Below are positions 56,299-58,070 of a stretch of DNA of 58,070 nt, one piece after another. The position numbers were made by a program, and so were the translations under genes. Positions within the stretch are counted from its first letter, which is position 1. Every line of letters begins with the position of its first letter. The notes beneath the pieces are model-generated. The model did no database searches, was not told the origin of the DNA, and was given only the letters and a program-made list of their open reading frames with translations. The stretch lies in NCBI GenBank assembly GCA_021808105.1, contig JAKBCC010000002.1, positions 1 to 58,070 on the forward strand, read 5' to 3'. Source of the DNA: Planctomycetota bacterium (GTDB lineage Bacteria > Planctomycetota > Phycisphaerae > WQYP01).

Positions 56299-57455
56299 CT
56301 TTCCGCGGCTCATGAGCCGCGGCCCCATTGAAGCCGAAAGCGTGGTGACAAAGCCGTAGCCGGCAAAGTACTTTCCGCGGCTCATGAGCCGCGGCCCCAT
56401 TGAAGCTATCGACGTGCCCGCCGCCGGAAACATCAGGGGGACCTTTCCGCGGCTCATGAGCCGCGGCCCCATTGAAGCCTAATCGGTTGTCACCTGTCTA
56501 TACTGGAAACATGCTTTCCGCGGCTCATGAGCCGCGGCCCCATTGAAGCCGACTACGGCGGTCAAGATAATAGCTATGAACATACTTTCTGCGGCTCATG
56601 AGCCGCGGCCCCATTGAAGCTTTGTTGGCGAGCTTGTAGCCCATGATTTTGTCCCCTTTCCGCGGCTCATGAGCCGCGGCCCCATTGAAGCCGACATTTA
56701 CCAGATGAGCGACTCGGCGTTAGCAAACTTTCCGCGGCTCATGAGCCGCGGCCCCATTGAAGCCTTGGGAATTTCAAATATTTCGGAGCTGGTGGCGGCC
56801 TTTCCGCGGCTCATGAGCCGCGGCCCCATTGAAGCCACCGCCGCCGCCGCCCGCCGGGCGATCCAGTCCGCCTTTCCGCGGCTCATGAGCCGCGGCCCCA
56901 TTGAAGCGTGACATGCACCAGCTCCGCGTTAAAGGCGGCCCCCTTTCCGCGGCTCATGAGCCGCGGCCCCATTGAAGCAGTATCTGGCCAAGGTGGATCC
57001 GACCGCAGCCGGCGGCCTTTCCGCGGCTCATGAGCCGCGGCCCCATTGAAGCGCCTGTAAATTTCCCGGCCAGATGGTGTTCCAGTCTTTCCGCGGCTCA
57101 TGAGCCGCGGCCCCATTGAAGCAACTCCTTAACTGTTTAATCCGCGTGTACTCGCACCCTTTCCGCGGCTCATGAGCCGCGGCCCCATTGAAGCAGATTT
57201 TTGACGATTGCCTTGGCGTGCTCGACGCACTTTCCGCGGCTCATGAGCCGCGGCCCCATTGAAGCATCAACCATCCGCCGGCGGGGTTCGCCAAAGGGGG
57301 CTTTCCGCGGCTCATGAGCCGCGGCCCCATTGAAGCAACAGTGCAGTCTCCGTCGCGAGAGCCCGTTGATCTTTCCGCGGCTCATGAGCCGCGGCCCCAT
57401 TGAAGCTGATATCGCACCAGTGCACCGCGGTGATAAGCCGGTGATCTTTCCGCGG
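56299..57455 (+). CRISPR. CRISPR array: 16 full 36-bp repeats, 16 spacers (34-39 bp), plus a degenerate terminal repeat
   Basis: The repeat CTTTCCGCGGCTCATGAGCCGCGGCCCCATTGAAGC contains a perfect 20-bp palindrome CCGCGGCTCATGAGCCGCGG and ends in ATTGAAGC. Repeat starts are 56299, 56371, 56443, 56514, 56585 (C6>T), 56656, 56728, 56800, 56872, 56943, 57017, 57087, 57159, 57230, 57301 and 57371. The last unit, at 57446, keeps only CTTTCCGCGG. Confidence 0.98.
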
Positions 57456-57589
57456 AAAACGTAACGGGGACGTACCTAATTATTTGACCTTGCACCTAAC
57501 CGGGCCTGTCGCCGCCACAACCACCCCACCAACCCACTTCCGCCCCCCAAAATCCCACCCCATCGCCACCCCCAAACGCACCGCCCATC

Positions 57590-57642
57590 ACTGAATGTAC
57601 TGAATGTACTGCCCAATACTGATCAATACTGCAATTACTGCC
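57590..57642. repeat. Six phased 9-10-nt units each beginning ACTG
   Basis: The units are ACTGAATGT, ACTGAATGT, ACTGCCCAAT, ACTGATCAAT, ACTGCAATT and ACTGCC. They end exactly at the inferred intron boundary. Confidence 0.8.
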
Positions 57643-57750
57643 GTAGAGTCGAGAAGTGGCGCGGTGGTTTAGGTTGGGCATAGCGGTTTGCCGACCCTTT
57701 CGGTTGCCGGTGCCTCAGTGTCCCATCCATGCTGCGTTTCCACTTCCCGC

Positions 57751-58070
57751 TCATCGAACCGGACGGGCGAATTTCTCGCATCCGGCTCTCGGAGTAAGGT
57801 GGTCTTCCTTCTGCTTTCGCACACGGATGGCTGCGTGCAGACGCGTCATGTTCAACAGTCCCAATTGCGTATGCAGGTATGCATCCGAATGCGACTTGTA
57901 ACTGATCTGTCTTTGCTTGTATTTTGTCCGCAACCACTGACGCATCCGGTGGCAGGTATGGGCTTCTATGGCACGATAGGCCTTGCTGACCGCACCGAGT
58001 TGAAAGTAGCCCGCCCATCCACGCAGTACGCGGTTGAGTTCGGCTGCCTTTTCCTCCGGTTCCTGCTGTA
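57751..58070 (-). CDS. Group II intron reverse transcriptase/maturase, C-terminal part (partial)
   Basis: LNRVLRGWAGYFQLGAVSKAYRAIEAHTCHRMRQWLRTKYK is the GIIM/X-domain signature (RGWxxYF). The open frame runs into domain V, so the tail is a by-product of the RNA sequence. Confidence 0.8.
   Translation of the reverse strand, partial: QQEPEEKAAELNRVLRGWAGYFQLGAVSKAYRAIEAHTCHRMRQWLRTKYKQRQISYKSHSDAYLHTQLGLLNMTRLHAAIRVRKQKEDHLTPRAGCEKFARPVR
57756..57788 (-). ncRNA. Group II intron domain V
   Basis: The RNA GAGCCGGAUGCGAGAAAUUCGCCCGUCCGGUUC has the AGC catalytic triad at positions 2-4, a 9-bp lower helix, a 2-nt CC bulge, an upper helix and a GAAA-type loop. Confidence 0.8.

Larger units (their letters stand above)
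57643..58070 (-). mobile_element. Group II intron, 3' portion (maturase domain of the IEP, domain V, domain VI); 5' part lies beyond the window
   Basis: A maturase motif is followed by a canonical domain V and then a 13-bp helix with one bulged A lying 7 nt from a terminal ...CUAC. Confidence 0.8.

Noticed and set aside
56221-57400. Several 67-83-aa ORFs on both strands inside the CRISPR array (recurring MGPRLMSRGK / FPRLMSRGPIEA peptides)
   Set aside because: They are translations of the 36-bp repeat, and the periodic identical peptides follow the repeat spacing. They are not genes.
57751-58070. Possibility that the reverse transcriptase next to the array is a CRISPR-associated RT (RT-Cas1 type)
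   Set aside because: The protein carries a maturase X domain and is followed by the ribozyme domains V and VI, so it belongs to a bona fide group II intron. It is on the opposite strand to the cas genes, beyond the trailer.

Overview
A 58 kb chromosomal window from a Gram-negative bacterium. PEP-CTERM proteins, hopanoid genes, the futalosine pathway and a BatA-type N-terminal membrane anchor hint at the PVC superphylum, but this is unverified inference. Most of the window is housekeeping or envelope genes: gap, thrC, a GH31 glycosidase, fcl, topA, shc, a GAF-GGDEF-EAL protein, nuoI, a pgpH-like gene with ybeY and corC, def, an ArnC/ArnT-like pair, an AsmA/TamB-like giant protein, mqnC/E, a TolC-like gene and hpnH. 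Accessory material is interspersed. (1) A vapBC-like toxin-antitoxin (TA) pair, a NERD nuclease and a DMP19-like ORF lie between gap and thrC. (2) A translationally coupled ABC-type ATPase plus DUF4276 (Toprim-like) pair is wedged between housekeeping genes; I rank it as the best candidate for an uncharacterised defence system. (3) A decayed AbiEi/AbiEii-like remnant follows def. (4) A type I-G (formerly I-U) CRISPR-Cas locus occupies about 47.8-57.5 kb, with cas3 (C-terminal HD), a small Cas8g2/Csb3-like gene, csb1/cas7, csb2/cas5-6, cas2 and an array of 16 spacers with 36-bp repeats. Its cas4/cas1 fusion gene is reduced to an internally deleted, frameshifted remnant, and a REP-flanked IS200-like Y1 transposase (RAYT) sits inside the operon. 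The 3' end of a group II intron (maturase, domain V, domain VI with a bulged A) lies about 190 bp beyond the array trailer. Non-coding repeats also stand out: a roughly 100-bp interspersed element present upstream of the GH31 gene and, inverted, in the CRISPR leader; a 21-bp tandem array between mqn and tolC; and a duplicated motif-plus-hairpin module upstream of a PEP-CTERM gene. All family assignments come from motif recognition by eye, and no database search was possible.
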